Below are positions 47,336-56,950 of a stretch of DNA of 64,000 nucleotides, piece by piece. Position numbers and translations under genes: made by a program. The notes under the pieces are model-generated. The model saw only the letters and a list, made by a program, of their open reading frames with translations, was not told the DNA's origin and made no database searches. Source of the stretch: Clostridia bacterium (GTDB taxonomy: Bacteria > Bacillota > Clostridia > Oscillospirales > CAG-272); contig JAFTKN010000010.1 of NCBI GenBank assembly GCA_017453255.1, forward strand, positions 280,458 through 344,457. Reading direction: 5' to 3'. Numbering within the stretch: the stretch's first letter is position 1; every line of letters begins with the position of its first letter.

Positions 47336-47770
47336 ATGCACAATTATAAAAAAAGACGCATAAATCATAAAAATGATGAAAAAACAGGTCTATCAATTAT
47401 AAAAACTATATTATTACTTTGTGTTGCATTTTTTCTTTTTTCGATTATATTTGCAACTTTGCTCTCTTTATTTTTCTTTAAAACCGAAAACCCTACATCT
47501 AAAATTAGAGTAGTTGCGATTATATCTATTTACTTTTCATCATTTATATGCGGAATAATGCTTGCAAGAATTATTAGTGAACGAATTCTTATACATAGTA
47601 TAATCTTAGGTACAATAATATTTTTAATTACGTTTGTTATCTCGTTATTTATTAGAAATAATCAATATTCAATTTTTTGGCATATGATTCTTCCTGCCAT
47701 GGCAGTATTAGGATCACAATGTGGAAAAAGACGAACAAAAAATAAAAAGCACCGACATAAAGCATATTAA
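47336..47770 (+). CDS. Four-TM membrane protein, unknown function
   Basis: 144 aa. GAGG 7 nt upstream. Basic N- and C-termini. Confidence 0.55.
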   Translation: MHNYKKRRINHKNDEKTGLSIIKTILLLCVAFFLFSIIFATLLSLFFFKTENPTSKIRVVAIISIYFSSFICGIMLARIISERILIHSIILGTIIFLITFVISLFIRNNQYSIFWHMILPAMAVLGSQCGKRRTKNKKHRHKAY

Positions 47771-47773
47771 AAA

Positions 47774-47806
47774 TAAAAATCTCCACCTTTTTGGTGGAGA
47801 TTTTTA
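47774..47806. terminator. Bidirectional intrinsic terminator
   Basis: AAAAATCTCCACCtttttGGTGGAGATTTTT. Confidence 0.8.
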
Positions 47807-47811
47807 AGTAA

Positions 47812-48153
47812 TTAGTTAAGTTCTTTAACCTTTGAAGCCTTGCCAACTCTATCACGAAGGTAGTAAAGCTTTGCTCTTCTAACCTTACCGGCTCTTACAA
47901 CTTCAACCTTTGCTACGTTTGGAGAATGTAGTGGGAATGTCTTTTCAACGCCACAACCATAAGCAACTCTTCTAACAGTAAATGTTTCAGAAATGCCACC
48001 GTTATGCTTAGCAATAACTGTTCCCTCAAAAATTTGAATTCTCTCTCTTGTACCCTCTTTAATTAAATTGTGAACCTTAACAGTATCACCAATGTTAAAC
48101 TGTGGTACCTCTGTCTTTAATTGCTCATTTACAAAAGCTTCGATTTTATTCAT
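47812..48153 (-). CDS. rplS: 50S ribosomal protein L19
   Basis: 113 aa. [29 protein letters not shown]. Confidence 0.97.
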   Translation of the reverse strand: MNKIEAFVNEQLKTEVPQFNIGDTVKVHNLIKEGTRERIQIFEGTVIAKHNGGISETFTVRRVAYGCGVEKTFPLHSPNVAKVEVVRAGKVRRAKLYYLRDRVGKASKVKELN

Positions 48154-48233
48154 TATAAGCCTCCATTACTTAGGATGTTCATGCAGAGCTAAGCAGCGGA
48201 CCATCCTTTTAATTTGTATGCACACGCATACCG
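48154..48233 (-). promoter_or_regulatory. Structured 5' leader of rplS (candidate L19 autoregulatory leader)
   Basis: Minus strand, downstream of the promoter: hairpin GTATGCgtgtGCATAC, then AGGATG-(24 nt)-CATCCT ending 8 nt before the GGAGG SD. Confidence 0.35.
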
Positions 48234-48239
48234 AGTGGT

Positions 48240-48268
48240 ATTATATCATACAAATTTTTATATTTCAA
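48240..48268 (-). promoter_or_regulatory. Sigma-A promoter of rplS
   Basis: Minus strand: TTGAAA (48263-48268), 17 nt, TGaTATAAT (extended -10; TATAAT at 48240-48245). Confidence 0.55.
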
Positions 48269-48316
48269 TAGTTTTTTCAAATTTTTGTAAATTTTTTTAT
48301 CTTTCTTTTATATCTA

Positions 48317-48345
48317 TTGTTATTTTAAAATAATTGTGTTATAAT
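48317..48345 (+). promoter_or_regulatory. Sigma-A promoter of the lepB-rbgA-rnhB operon
   Basis: TTGTTA (48317-48322), 17 nt, TATAAT (48340-48345) preceded by TGt. Confidence 0.5.
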
Positions 48346-48378
48346 AATTAATGTTAATTTTTGAAAGGTTTTAAAATA

Positions 48379-49050
48379 ATGGAAGAAAATTACACTGAAG
48401 AAAAATTCAAGTCATCTGGTGTTTTTAAAGGGCTATTTGATATTATTGAGTCGCTTTCTTATGCTATCATAGTCGTAATATTGCTTTTCACGTTCTTTGC
48501 AAAGCTTACGGTTGTTGACGGCTCTTCTATGGAGAATACTCTCTATGAAAAACAATATTTAGTAGTTATTAACCCTTTTTTCACATATACGCCAAATCAA
48601 AACGATATTGTTGTTATTCATGGCGATTTTTTAGGAGATAGATATGATCATCCAATTGTAAAGCGTATAATTGCTACAGGTGGGCAAACTGTTGAAATCA
48701 ACTTTTCCACTAAAACTGTATATGTTGATGATGTGTTGTTCGAGGAGCCAGAGGGCGTAAAGTGGTCGGAAGGTCAGGCTATGCGCTTATATCCAACGAT
48801 TGGAGATATTTTAAAGGATGAAAATGGCAATGTTGTTTATGACGACTTTGGCTATCCAGTAGTCACTAATAAATATTACGACGAAAGCACAAAGATTCTT
48901 AAGGTAACTGTTCCTGAGGGTCATGTTTTCGTTATGGGTGATAATAGAGATGCCTCTGCTGATAGTCGTATTGCCGAAATCGGATTTGTTCCGCACAATT
49001 ATATTTTAGGAAAGGTAGCATTTAGAATCGCTCCATTTACTTTCTTTTAA
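48379..49050 (+). CDS. lepB: Signal peptidase I
   Basis: DGSSMENTL (Ser), VKRIIATGGQ (Lys), GDNRDASADSR. I prefer ATG 48379 to the track TTG at 48361. Confidence 0.88.
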   Translation: MEENYTEEKFKSSGVFKGLFDIIESLSYAIIVVILLFTFFAKLTVVDGSSMENTLYEKQYLVVINPFFTYTPNQNDIVVIHGDFLGDRYDHPIVKRIIATGGQTVEINFSTKTVYVDDVLFEEPEGVKWSEGQAMRLYPTIGDILKDENGNVVYDDFGYPVVTNKYYDESTKILKVTVPEGHVFVMGDNRDASADSRIAEIGFVPHNYILGKVAFRIAPFTFF

Positions 49051-49072
49051 AGAATTCTAAATCAGTTTTATT

Positions 49073-49933
49073 ATGCAATCAGAAGTAATCCAATGGTTTC
49101 CTGGTCATATGGCGAAAACTCGTCGTCTAATTACCGAAAACTTAAAGGAAGTCGATATAGTTATTGAAATTTTAGACGCTCGAATACCATACAGTTCAAG
49201 AAATCCTGAAATTTCAAAAATTGTAGGAAGCAAGCCTACTCTCTTAATTTTAAACAAAGCATCTTTAGCCAACAAACAAGCTACACAGAAATGGATTGAA
49301 TACTATTTAGAAAAAGGAATTTGTGCTATTTCAGTTGATTGTATCACTGGCGAAGGATTTTCTCAGCTTTCTCCCTCTGTAAAAAATATTTTAGCAGATA
49401 AAATAGAAAGAAACGAACAAAAAGGAATGTCAAAAAAGCTTCGTGCTATGTTTGTTGGTATTCCTAATGTTGGTAAATCTTCACTCATCAACAAGCTTTG
49501 TGGTTCTAAAAAAGCAAAGGTTGAAAATAGACCTGGCGTTACATTAAATAAACAATGGATCCCAACCAGTATTGGCTTTGACCTTATGGATATGCCTGGG
49601 GTTTTATGGCCAAAATTCGAAGAAAAGATTGTTGGCGAAAATCTCGCTATTACAGGAGCTATAAAGGACGCCATTTTAGATACGGAATACGTTGCTATGA
49701 TTTTGTGTTCAAAACTAAAAAATATTGCTCCAAAAGAATTTATGACACGATACAAAATCAATGAAGCCGAACTAAATTCTTGTGAAACCGACTACGAGCT
49801 TTTTGAGTTGGTTGGAAGAAAACGAGGCTTTTTGATTTCTGGTGGTGAAATCAATACCGAGCGCACCGCTGCTACACTTTTAGAAGAATTTAGAAGTGCA
49901 AAAATTGGAAATATTACTTTAGAATTACCATAA
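49073..49933 (+). CDS. rbgA: Ribosome biogenesis GTPase A (YlqF/RbgA)
   Basis: 286 aa. Circularly permuted GTPase: LNKASL (G4) precedes GIPNVGKSSLIN (G1) and DMPG (G3). Confidence 0.92.
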   Translation: MQSEVIQWFPGHMAKTRRLITENLKEVDIVIEILDARIPYSSRNPEISKIVGSKPTLLILNKASLANKQATQKWIEYYLEKGICAISVDCITGEGFSQLSPSVKNILADKIERNEQKGMSKKLRAMFVGIPNVGKSSLINKLCGSKKAKVENRPGVTLNKQWIPTSIGFDLMDMPGVLWPKFEEKIVGENLAITGAIKDAILDTEYVAMILCSKLKNIAPKEFMTRYKINEAELNSCETDYELFELVGRKRGFLISGGEINTERTAATLLEEFRSAKIGNITLELP

Positions 49934-49945
49934 ACGGGGATTATT

Positions 49946-50542
49946 ATGTTAGATTATTGTTTTGACAGCTCTCACAAAACTGAAACCATCAAAATTATTT
50001 GTGGTGTTGATGAGGCGGGTCGTGGACCTCTTGCTGGTCCAGTTGTTGCTGCAGCTTGTATTTTGCCAGAAGGAATTATTATTGAGGGACTTGATGACTC
50101 GAAAAAGCTAACCGAAAAAAAACGAGAGCAGCTTTTTAAAACTATTACTGAGGTTGCTCTTGACTTCTCTGTTGGATTAGCTACTGTTGAAGAAATTGAA
50201 GAAATTAATATTCTTAATGCTGCGATGCTTGCAATGAAACGTGCAATTGATGGTCTAAATACAGTTCCAGATTTAGCATTAATCGATGGTAATACTTCTC
50301 GTGGATTTACTGTTAATACAAAAACTGTTGTACATGGAGATGCAATTTCCCAATCTATCGCTGCAGCATCTATTCTTGCAAAGGTTACAAGAGATAGAAT
50401 GTGCTACGAATTCGATAAAGAATACCCTGAATATGGATTTGCTAAGCACAAGGGCTATGGCACTAAGCTACATACAGACGCAATAAAAAAATATGGTATT
50501 ACCCCAGTTCATCGCCCGAGCTTTCTAAAAAAATTAAAATGA
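49946..50542 (+). CDS. rnhB: Ribonuclease HII
   Basis: 198 aa. GVDEAGRGPLAGPVV, DDSKKL, and the HKGYGT-type C-terminus. Confidence 0.93.
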   Translation: MLDYCFDSSHKTETIKIICGVDEAGRGPLAGPVVAAACILPEGIIIEGLDDSKKLTEKKREQLFKTITEVALDFSVGLATVEEIEEINILNAAMLAMKRAIDGLNTVPDLALIDGNTSRGFTVNTKTVVHGDAISQSIAAASILAKVTRDRMCYEFDKEYPEYGFAKHKGYGTKLHTDAIKKYGITPVHRPSFLKKLK

Positions 50543-50934
50543 GTATTGAATTTTCAAAAAGCTATGTAGGAAAATTTGGTGAAGATGTATGCACCAAATA
50601 TTTAAAAAAATCGAAAAAATTAAAGATTCTTGAACGAAATTCTACTATTGGGCATTTAGAAGCAGATATAGTTGCTTATAACAAAGAGTACATTGTTTTT
50701 GTTGAAGTAAAAACTCGTAATATAGATAAAAATAATTATTCACGCCCTGCTGATTCTGTAAATAGCAAAAAGCGAACTAATTTAATTACATTTGCATATG
50801 CTTTTGTTAAGAAGCTCCCTACAAAATTTCGTAATCTCTCTATTCGTATAGATGTATGTGAAATATATGTTTGTGGGGACAAAAAACTGAAGGTAAGCGA
50901 GCTAAATTATATTGAAAACGCTATTACAGAATAA
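50539..50934 (+). CDS. YraN-family endonuclease (UPF0102)
   Basis: 131 aa. GKFGEDVCTKYL..ILERN...GHLEADIVAY...IVFVEVKTR. Confidence 0.8.
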   Translation: MSIEFSKSYVGKFGEDVCTKYLKKSKKLKILERNSTIGHLEADIVAYNKEYIVFVEVKTRNIDKNNYSRPADSVNSKKRTNLITFAYAFVKKLPTKFRNLSIRIDVCEIYVCGDKKLKVSELNYIENAITE

Positions 50935-51833
50935 TGATACCACTCTTTGATTTGCATTGTGATACACTACTTAAACTATTTTATAATAACTTAACCTTTG
51001 ACAATAAAGCTCTCCACATAAATAAAAACGATTTTGCTAATTTTTCTCCTTATATTCAAGTATTATCCATATGGAGCGATAATAAATTAGATAATAAACA
51101 GTCGTTTGATCAATACAAAAAGATCCTTAACTATTCTAAAGCTTTAAACATTCGTTTTTCTCAAAAGCCCGCAGATTTAGATAGGCTTTCTTTCATTTTA
51201 GGCGTTGAAGATGCACGTTTGCTCAATGGCAATATTAATCGTTTATATTCCTTAGCTAGTGATGGTGTTAAAATTCTTACGCTTAATTGGCAAAATGAAT
51301 CGATAATTGGTGGTGCTTGGAATACCAATTTGCCTCTATCAAAATTTGGATATGAGGTTTTGATTAAGTGCTTTGAACTAAACATTATTCCAGATTTATC
51401 TCATTCATCATATTTTGCATCAATGCAAGCATTAGAATATTGCTTAAAAAATAAAAAATCAATTTTATTTTCCCATTCTAATTCTTATGCTGTTTGTAAT
51501 CACAAAAGAAATATAGATGACAATGCTTTTGTAGATATTATAAATACAAATTCGCTTGTTGGTCTTTCTCTTGTATGTGAGCATCTTAGCGATTCAAAAT
51601 GCTCTATTGACAGTATTATTGAGCATATTTATCATTTTCTTTGTTTAGGTGGTGAAAATTGCATAGCTTTAGGCTGTGATTTTGATGGTACCGCCACTCT
51701 ACCTACACCGATTTATAGTATAAAAGATCTAGTCATTTTATATGATCGCATTGAAAAGGAATTCGGAAGAACTTTAGCACAAAAAATTTTCTTTTTCAAT
51801 GCTTATAATTTCTATTGTAAAAATATCATTTAA
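50934..51833 (+). CDS. Membrane-dipeptidase-family (M19-like) protein
   Basis: 299 aa. N-terminal FDLHCDT metal motif, internal DLSHSS and GCDFDG. Confidence 0.7.
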   Translation: MIPLFDLHCDTLLKLFYNNLTFDNKALHINKNDFANFSPYIQVLSIWSDNKLDNKQSFDQYKKILNYSKALNIRFSQKPADLDRLSFILGVEDARLLNGNINRLYSLASDGVKILTLNWQNESIIGGAWNTNLPLSKFGYEVLIKCFELNIIPDLSHSSYFASMQALEYCLKNKKSILFSHSNSYAVCNHKRNIDDNAFVDIINTNSLVGLSLVCEHLSDSKCSIDSIIEHIYHFLCLGGENCIALGCDFDGTATLPTPIYSIKDLVILYDRIEKEFGRTLAQKIFFFNAYNFYCKNII

Positions 51834-51847
51834 GAAAGGAGCTTACT

Positions 51848-52573
51848 ATGTCACTTTATGTTATGGCAGATCTTCACTTATCTACCACCACAAACAAACC
51901 AATGGATGTTTTTGGTGCAAGATGGACTGACTATATGAATAAAATCAAAAAAAATTGGTCTTCTATCATAACAAATGAGGACACAGTTATTGTTCCAGGT
52001 GATATTTCATGGGCTATTGATTATAATGAGGCAATTGACGATTTTAAATTTATTAATGATTTACCTGGAAAAAAGCTTTTAGGAAAAGGAAACCACGACT
52101 ATTGGTGGGGAACTATGGCAAAAAATCGCAAATTTATTACTGACAATAAATTTAATAGTATAGATTTTTTATTTAACAACGCTTATAAAGTCGAAAACTT
52201 TATTGTTTGTGGTACAAGAGGCTGGTATGTTGACGAAAAGCTTCAATCTACTGATAATGATGTTGAATACGATAAAATTGTTGCAAGAGAAAATGCTCGC
52301 TTAAAAACAAGCATTGAGGAAGCATTAAAGCTACGCGAAAGCAATGAAGAAATTTTGGTATTCTTCCACTTCCCTCCTGTTTTCAAATCGTTTGTATGTA
52401 AAGAATTTATTGACACTTTAAAGCATTATAATATTAAAAATTGTTATTTTGGTCATATTCATGGTGTTTATAATGTACCTCGTTCATTTACATACGAGAA
52501 TATTAATTTTACATTAATTTCATCTGATTTTAATAATTTTGTACCAATGATTATTATGCCTTTAAATTATTGA
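51848..52573 (+). CDS. Metallophosphoesterase
   Basis: 241 aa. ADLHLS, GDISWA, GNHDYWW, GHIHG. Confidence 0.8.
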   Translation: MSLYVMADLHLSTTTNKPMDVFGARWTDYMNKIKKNWSSIITNEDTVIVPGDISWAIDYNEAIDDFKFINDLPGKKLLGKGNHDYWWGTMAKNRKFITDNKFNSIDFLFNNAYKVENFIVCGTRGWYVDEKLQSTDNDVEYDKIVARENARLKTSIEEALKLRESNEEILVFFHFPPVFKSFVCKEFIDTLKHYNIKNCYFGHIHGVYNVPRSFTYENINFTLISSDFNNFVPMIIMPLNY

Positions 52574-52607
52574 TTCGCCTATTTTTTTATTTATTTTTAA
52601 AATTATA

Positions 52608-52636
52608 TTGACTTTTCTTATTTAATTATATATAAT
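52608..52636 (+). promoter_or_regulatory. Sigma-A promoter of tig
   Basis: TTGACT (52608-52613), 17 nt, TATAAT (52631-52636). Confidence 0.55.
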
Positions 52637-52677
52637 AGTTAAGTAAAAATACCATTGATCTATGGAGGAATATTAAA

Positions 52678-53961
52678 ATGGCTTTAAAAAGCACAAATAA
52701 GGTTGAAACCAACCTTTATGAAATTGAATTTGATGCATCTAAGGAAGTTTTTGATGCCGCAGTTGAAAAGGTTTATCGCAAGGAAGTAAAAAAGATTAAC
52801 ATTCCTGGCTTCAGAAAGGGTAAAGCTCCTCGTTCTATCATTGAAAAGATGTATGGTAAGGGTGTTTTCTATGAAGATGCTGTAAACGAGATTATTCCTG
52901 AAGCATATGAAACTGCAATCAAGGAAACTGGCTTAACTGTTGTTAGTCGCCCTGAGTTTGATGTTGTTTCAATTGACGATAACGGCGTAGTTCTTAAGGC
53001 TAAGTTTTACGTTAAGCCTGAGGTTACACTCAAGAACTACAAGGGTATTGAGGTAACTAAAGAGGTTAAGGTGGTTACTGACGAGGATGTTAATACTGAA
53101 ATTGATCAAGCTCGTTCACGTAATGCAAGAGTTGTTGATGTTGAAGGTCGTGCTGTTGAAAACGGTGATATCGCTGTAATTGACTACGAAGGCTTTGCTG
53201 ACGGAGTTTCTTTCGAGGGTGGTAAAGGTGACAATTATAACCTTACAATCGGTTCTGGAAGCTTTATCCCTGGTTTTGAAGAGCAAATTATTGGTCACAA
53301 TGTTGGTGATGAATTTGATATCAATGTTACCTTCCCTGAGCAATATCATTCAGAAGAGCTTGCAGGTAAGGAAGCTATATTTAAAATCAAGTTAAATGGC
53401 ATTAAGTTTAATGAGCTTCCTGCTCTTGATGATGAATTTGCTAAAGATGTTAGTGAATTTGACACTCTTGATGAATATAAAGCTGACGTTAAGGCAAAAA
53501 TTGAAAGCAGAAACGAAAAAGCAAGCGAAAATGCAGTTGAAGAACAAATCATTAACACTCTCATCGAAAACCTTGAGGCAGAAATCCCTGCTCCAATGTT
53601 TGAAAATGAAGCTGAAAACTTTGTTCGTGACTATGATTCCAGACTTCGTATGCAAGGACTTGACTTAACAACATATTGCAAGTACACAGGTCAAACACTT
53701 GATGATCTTCGTAATCAATTTAAGCCTATGGCTGAAAGACAAGTTAAGACTCGTCTTGCTCTTGAAAAGGTTGTTGAGCTCGAAAATATTGTTGCTTCTG
53801 ATGAAGAGGCTGAGGCTGAATACGAAAACCTTTCTAAGGCTTATGGAATGAAGGCTGAAGATGTTAAAAATTATGTTGAGGTTGATGCTGTAAAGGCTGA
53901 CATCTGTGTTAAAAAAGCAGTTGAATTTGTTAAAACTAACGCAAATGTAACTGTAAAATAA
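52678..53961 (+). CDS. tig: Trigger factor
   Basis: 427 aa. Ribosome-binding PGFRKGKAP. FKBP-type PPIase FIPGFEEQIIGH. Confidence 0.95.
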   Translation: MALKSTNKVETNLYEIEFDASKEVFDAAVEKVYRKEVKKINIPGFRKGKAPRSIIEKMYGKGVFYEDAVNEIIPEAYETAIKETGLTVVSRPEFDVVSIDDNGVVLKAKFYVKPEVTLKNYKGIEVTKEVKVVTDEDVNTEIDQARSRNARVVDVEGRAVENGDIAVIDYEGFADGVSFEGGKGDNYNLTIGSGSFIPGFEEQIIGHNVGDEFDINVTFPEQYHSEELAGKEAIFKIKLNGIKFNELPALDDEFAKDVSEFDTLDEYKADVKAKIESRNEKASENAVEEQIINTLIENLEAEIPAPMFENEAENFVRDYDSRLRMQGLDLTTYCKYTGQTLDDLRNQFKPMAERQVKTRLALEKVVELENIVASDEEAEAEYENLSKAYGMKAEDVKNYVEVDAVKADICVKKAVEFVKTNANVTVK

Positions 53962-53973
53962 GATACTTCTCTT

Positions 53974-54004
53974 TACCGCTGTATATTCTCTACAGCGGTA
54001 ATTT
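53974..54004 (+). terminator. Hairpin after tig (weak T-tract)
   Basis: TACCGCTGTAtattctcTACAGCGGTA followed by ATTT. Confidence 0.5.
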
Positions 54005-54052
54005 GAATATATACCAAATACGACAAAAATCTACTTTTAGGAGGATTAAAAT

Positions 54053-54637
54053 ATGGCACTTGTTCCAATGGTCGTTGAACAAACAAGTAGGGGTGAACGT
54101 TCATACGATATCTACTCAAGACTTTTAGAGGATCGTATAGTTTTTTTATGCGATGAGGTAAATGATGCTACAGCATCATTGGTTGTAGCACAACTTCTCT
54201 TCCTTGAGGCTCAGGACCCCGACAAAGATATAAATCTTTATATTAATAGTCCTGGTGGAAGTGTTAGCGCTGGATTAGCAATTTACGACACAATGAATTT
54301 TATAAAATGCGACGTTTGCACTACCTGTATTGGTATGGCAGCAAGCATGGGCGCCTTTTTGCTTTCAAGTGGAGCGAAGGGTAAACGTTTCGCCTTACCG
54401 AATAGCGAAATAATGATTCACCAACCTCTTGGTGGTGCTAAAGGTCAGGCAAGCGATATCAAAATTCATGCTGAACACATTTTAAAGACAAGAGAAAAAT
54501 TAAACAAAATCTTGGCAAGCAATACTGGTAAGGAGCTATCTACTATTGAGCTTGATACTGAGCGTGATAATTTTATGAGTGCAGATGAAGCTTGCTCATA
54601 TGGTCTAATTGATAAAGTAATTGATAAGAGAGCTTAA
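54053..54637 (+). CDS. clpP: ATP-dependent Clp protease proteolytic subunit
   Basis: 194 aa. [11 protein letters not shown] (Ser), MIHQPLGG (His). Confidence 0.97.
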   Translation: MALVPMVVEQTSRGERSYDIYSRLLEDRIVFLCDEVNDATASLVVAQLLFLEAQDPDKDINLYINSPGGSVSAGLAIYDTMNFIKCDVCTTCIGMAASMGAFLLSSGAKGKRFALPNSEIMIHQPLGGAKGQASDIKIHAEHILKTREKLNKILASNTGKELSTIELDTERDNFMSADEACSYGLIDKVIDKRA

Positions 54638-54639
54638 CT

Positions 54640-55893
54640 ATGAATGACAAAAAGGTTTGCTCCTTCTGTAAAAGGGGCGATGGTGAGGTTGAATTTTTAA
54701 TTCCAGCGCCTGATGGCACAGCCTATATATGCCCAATGTGCATCGAGCTATGTAGCCAGCTTTTAGATGAGTATGACGAAGAAGCAAAATCAACTGATGA
54801 TACTGATTTAGACAATTTTATGCTTGAACCTTTACCTACTCCAAAACAAATTAAAGACTTGCTTGATGAGTATGTAATCGGTCAGGACAAAGCCAAAGTT
54901 GCACTTTCTGTAGCAGTTTATAATCACTATAAGCGTCTCATTTATAATGAAAAAAATGAGAATTCCGAAAATGATGTTGAAATCCAAAAAAGTAATATAC
55001 TTTTATTAGGTCCGACTGGTTCAGGAAAGACTTATTTAGCACAAACGCTTGCACATGCACTTAAAGTACCATTCGCTATTGCTGATGCAACAACACTAAC
55101 AGAAGCTGGTTATGTTGGAGAAGATGTTGAAAATATTCTACTCCGCCTTATTCAAGCAGCTGAATTTGATGTAAAAAAAGCTGAAAAAGGCATAATCTAC
55201 ATTGATGAAATTGATAAAATTTCAAGAAAAAGTGAGAATCGCTCCATTACTCGCGATGTTTCAGGCGAAGGTGTTCAACAGGCTTTATTAAAAATCCTTG
55301 AAGGAACTACTGCAAATGTACCCCCTCAGGGTGGAAGAAAGCATCCAAATCAAGAATTTATTCAAATAAATACAAAAAATATTTTATTTATTTGTGGTGG
55401 TGCTTTTGATGGGCTTAGCAAAATTATCGAAGGTCGTAAGGGAAAAACTCTTATGGGATTTGGTGGCGATGTTAAGAGTAAAATTGTGGAACAAAATACA
55501 AAGGTTTTTGAAAATGTTTGTGCCCATGATATTGTTAAATATGGTCTAATTCCAGAGCTTGTTGGTCGTTTACCAGTTATTGTAGGACTTGATGAATTAG
55601 ATGAAGCGGCACTAATTGCAATTCTCTCCAAGCCAAAAAATTCTATCGAAAAGCAATATAAAAAGCTTTTCGAAATTGATGGTGTTGAGCTTAAATTTAC
55701 AAATGAAGCACTATCAGCAGTTGCAAAAAAGGCGATTGAACGCAAAACTGGTGCCCGTGGTCTTAGATCAATAATGGAAGAAATAATGACCGAAATTATG
55801 TTTGAAATTCCTTCAAACAAGGACATAATAAAAGTTGTTATAAATAAAGATTGTGTTGAAAATAATAAAAAACCAGCTTATATTTATAAATAA
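54640..55893 (+). CDS. clpX: ATP-dependent Clp protease ATP-binding subunit ClpX
   Basis: 417 aa. Zinc finger CSFC...CPMC. Walker A GPTGSGKT, Walker [10 protein letters not shown]. Confidence 0.97.
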   Translation: MNDKKVCSFCKRGDGEVEFLIPAPDGTAYICPMCIELCSQLLDEYDEEAKSTDDTDLDNFMLEPLPTPKQIKDLLDEYVIGQDKAKVALSVAVYNHYKRLIYNEKNENSENDVEIQKSNILLLGPTGSGKTYLAQTLAHALKVPFAIADATTLTEAGYVGEDVENILLRLIQAAEFDVKKAEKGIIYIDEIDKISRKSENRSITRDVSGEGVQQALLKILEGTTANVPPQGGRKHPNQEFIQINTKNILFICGGAFDGLSKIIEGRKGKTLMGFGGDVKSKIVEQNTKVFENVCAHDIVKYGLIPELVGRLPVIVGLDELDEAALIAILSKPKNSIEKQYKKLFEIDGVELKFTNEALSAVAKKAIERKTGARGLRSIMEEIMTEIMFEIPSNKDIIKVVINKDCVENNKKPAYIYK

Positions 55894-55902
55894 CACGTAA
55901 AA

Positions 55903-55937
55903 ATAAAAAAATGAGGCAGTTTTGCCTCATTTTTTTA
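55903..55937. terminator. Bidirectional intrinsic terminator (clpX / tRNA-Pro)
   Basis: AAAAAAATGAGGCAgtttTGCCTCATTTTTTT. Confidence 0.8.
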
Positions 55938-55943
55938 TGATTT

Positions 55944-56019
55944 TGGTCTGAGTAGCGGGATTTGAACCCACGGCCTCTACCACCCCAAGGTAGCGCGCTA
56001 CCATCTGCGCTATACCCAG
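55944..56019 (-). tRNA. tRNA-Pro (anticodon GGG), CCA encoded
   Basis: Hand-folded 76-nt cloverleaf on the minus strand. Acceptor CTGGGTA/TACTCAG. D arm GCGC-AGATGGTA-GCGC. Anticodon arm CTACC-TTGGGGT-GGTAG (U33, GGG, G37). T arm GTGGG-TTCAAAT-CCCGC. Discriminator A plus CCA. Confidence 0.9.
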
Positions 56020-56040
56020 ATACCAATTTACAACGCTGAT

Positions 56041-56069
56041 ATTATATCATATCTATTTTTACAAGTCAA
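56041..56069 (-). promoter_or_regulatory. Sigma-A promoter of tRNA-Pro
   Basis: Minus strand: TTGACT (56064-56069), 17 nt, TGaTATAAT (TATAAT at 56041-56046), about 20 nt upstream of the mature 5' end. Confidence 0.6.
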
Positions 56070-56165
56070 TAGATTTATTTTTTATTTTAAGTATTTTTAA
56101 TCTCATTTTGGGCAATTTAATATATGAAATCTTTGATTTCAAATATTAATAAAATGGAGCTAAAT

Positions 56166-56360
56166 ATGAATAAGAAACCTAATCATTGTATTAAATGTAC
56201 TGTAACATCCTGCGCAAATCATGCTGATAAGGAAAACTATTGTGTATTAGATACCGTTAAAATTGGAACTCATGAATGCAATCCAACTGTTTCACAATGT
56301 GTTGACTGTGAGTCCTTTGTTTTAGGTAAAAATTGTTCTGATAATTCTTGCAATTTATAA
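56166..56360 (+). CDS. DUF1540-like cysteine-rich small protein
   Basis: MNKKPNHCIKCTVTSCANH...NYCVLDTVKIG...CNPTVSQCVDCESF. ATG 56166 lies 6 nt after GGAG. Confidence 0.7.
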   Translation: MNKKPNHCIKCTVTSCANHADKENYCVLDTVKIGTHECNPTVSQCVDCESFVLGKNCSDNSCNL

Positions 56361-56365
56361 TTGTT

Positions 56366-56394
56366 AAAGCAGGCGCGTTAGCGTCTGCTTTTTC
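56366..56394. terminator. Bidirectional hairpin shared by the DUF1540 gene and yabQ
   Basis: AAGCAGGCGCgttaGCGTCTGCTTTTT. The stem overlaps the last codons of yabQ. Confidence 0.6.
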
Positions 56395-56950
56395 CATAAG
56401 AATATACCACTACCCTGCTTTTTTGATTTTTTCTTTTCTGTACTCTGTGTTTTATCTTACATTTTAATTTGTGTATCATCACATTAATTGGTTTTAAAAC
56501 TAAAAATCCACCAAAATTTAGAATTATTAAAAAATAATAAATTGTATATTCAATTATTAAATTTGATAGTTTTCCAAAAATTAGCTTGTATACAAAAAAG
56601 CCAAGAAGAGTTGCGCCATAAATATACCATCTAACCTGTCCGTTATTATAGCCAAACAAAAATATTGCCATCATTGGTGTTATTATTATAAAATATATTA
56701 TATCTAATACAATTTCTAACACTTTATCAAGAATTATTTTTCTTTTTGTCCCCTTATACGTTAAAGGATTTTTAATATACTTATATTCTTTTTTTGAAAA
56801 TTTTTCTTTGAAAGAATCTGAAAAGCTGCCTTTTATTAATATTCTTTTTATAATGTTTAAAAAATAATACAGTATAGCAAAAAAGACACCAACAAAAATG
56901 AATTTAATGAATACAGTGCTTTCTTCAAAAATAGTACCTTGATTTATCAA
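56378..56950 (-). CDS. yabQ: Spore cortex biosynthesis protein YabQ-like membrane protein
   Basis: 190 aa, about five TM helices. TTG start immediately after the yabP stop. Assignment rests mainly on the conserved yabP-yabQ pairing. Confidence 0.7.
   Translation of the reverse strand: MINQGTIFEESTVFIKFIFVGVFFAILYYFLNIIKRILIKGSFSDSFKEKFSKKEYKYIKNPLTYKGTKRKIILDKVLEIVLDIIYFIIITPMMAIFLFGYNNGQVRWYIYGATLLGFFVYKLIFGKLSNLIIEYTIYYFLIILNFGGFLVLKPINVMIHKLKCKIKHRVQKRKNQKSRVVVYSYGKSRR

Noticed and set aside
55362-55826. 154-aa minus-strand ORF inside clpX
   Set aside because: It is antisense to one of the most conserved genes in the window, and its Ser/Pro/Ile-rich composition is typical of a shadow frame.
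55838-56026. 62-aa minus-strand ORF spanning the clpX terminator and beyond
   Set aside because: The region folds into a canonical 76-nt tRNA-Pro cloverleaf preceded by a consensus promoter. The ORF is an artefact of the GC-rich tRNA sequence.
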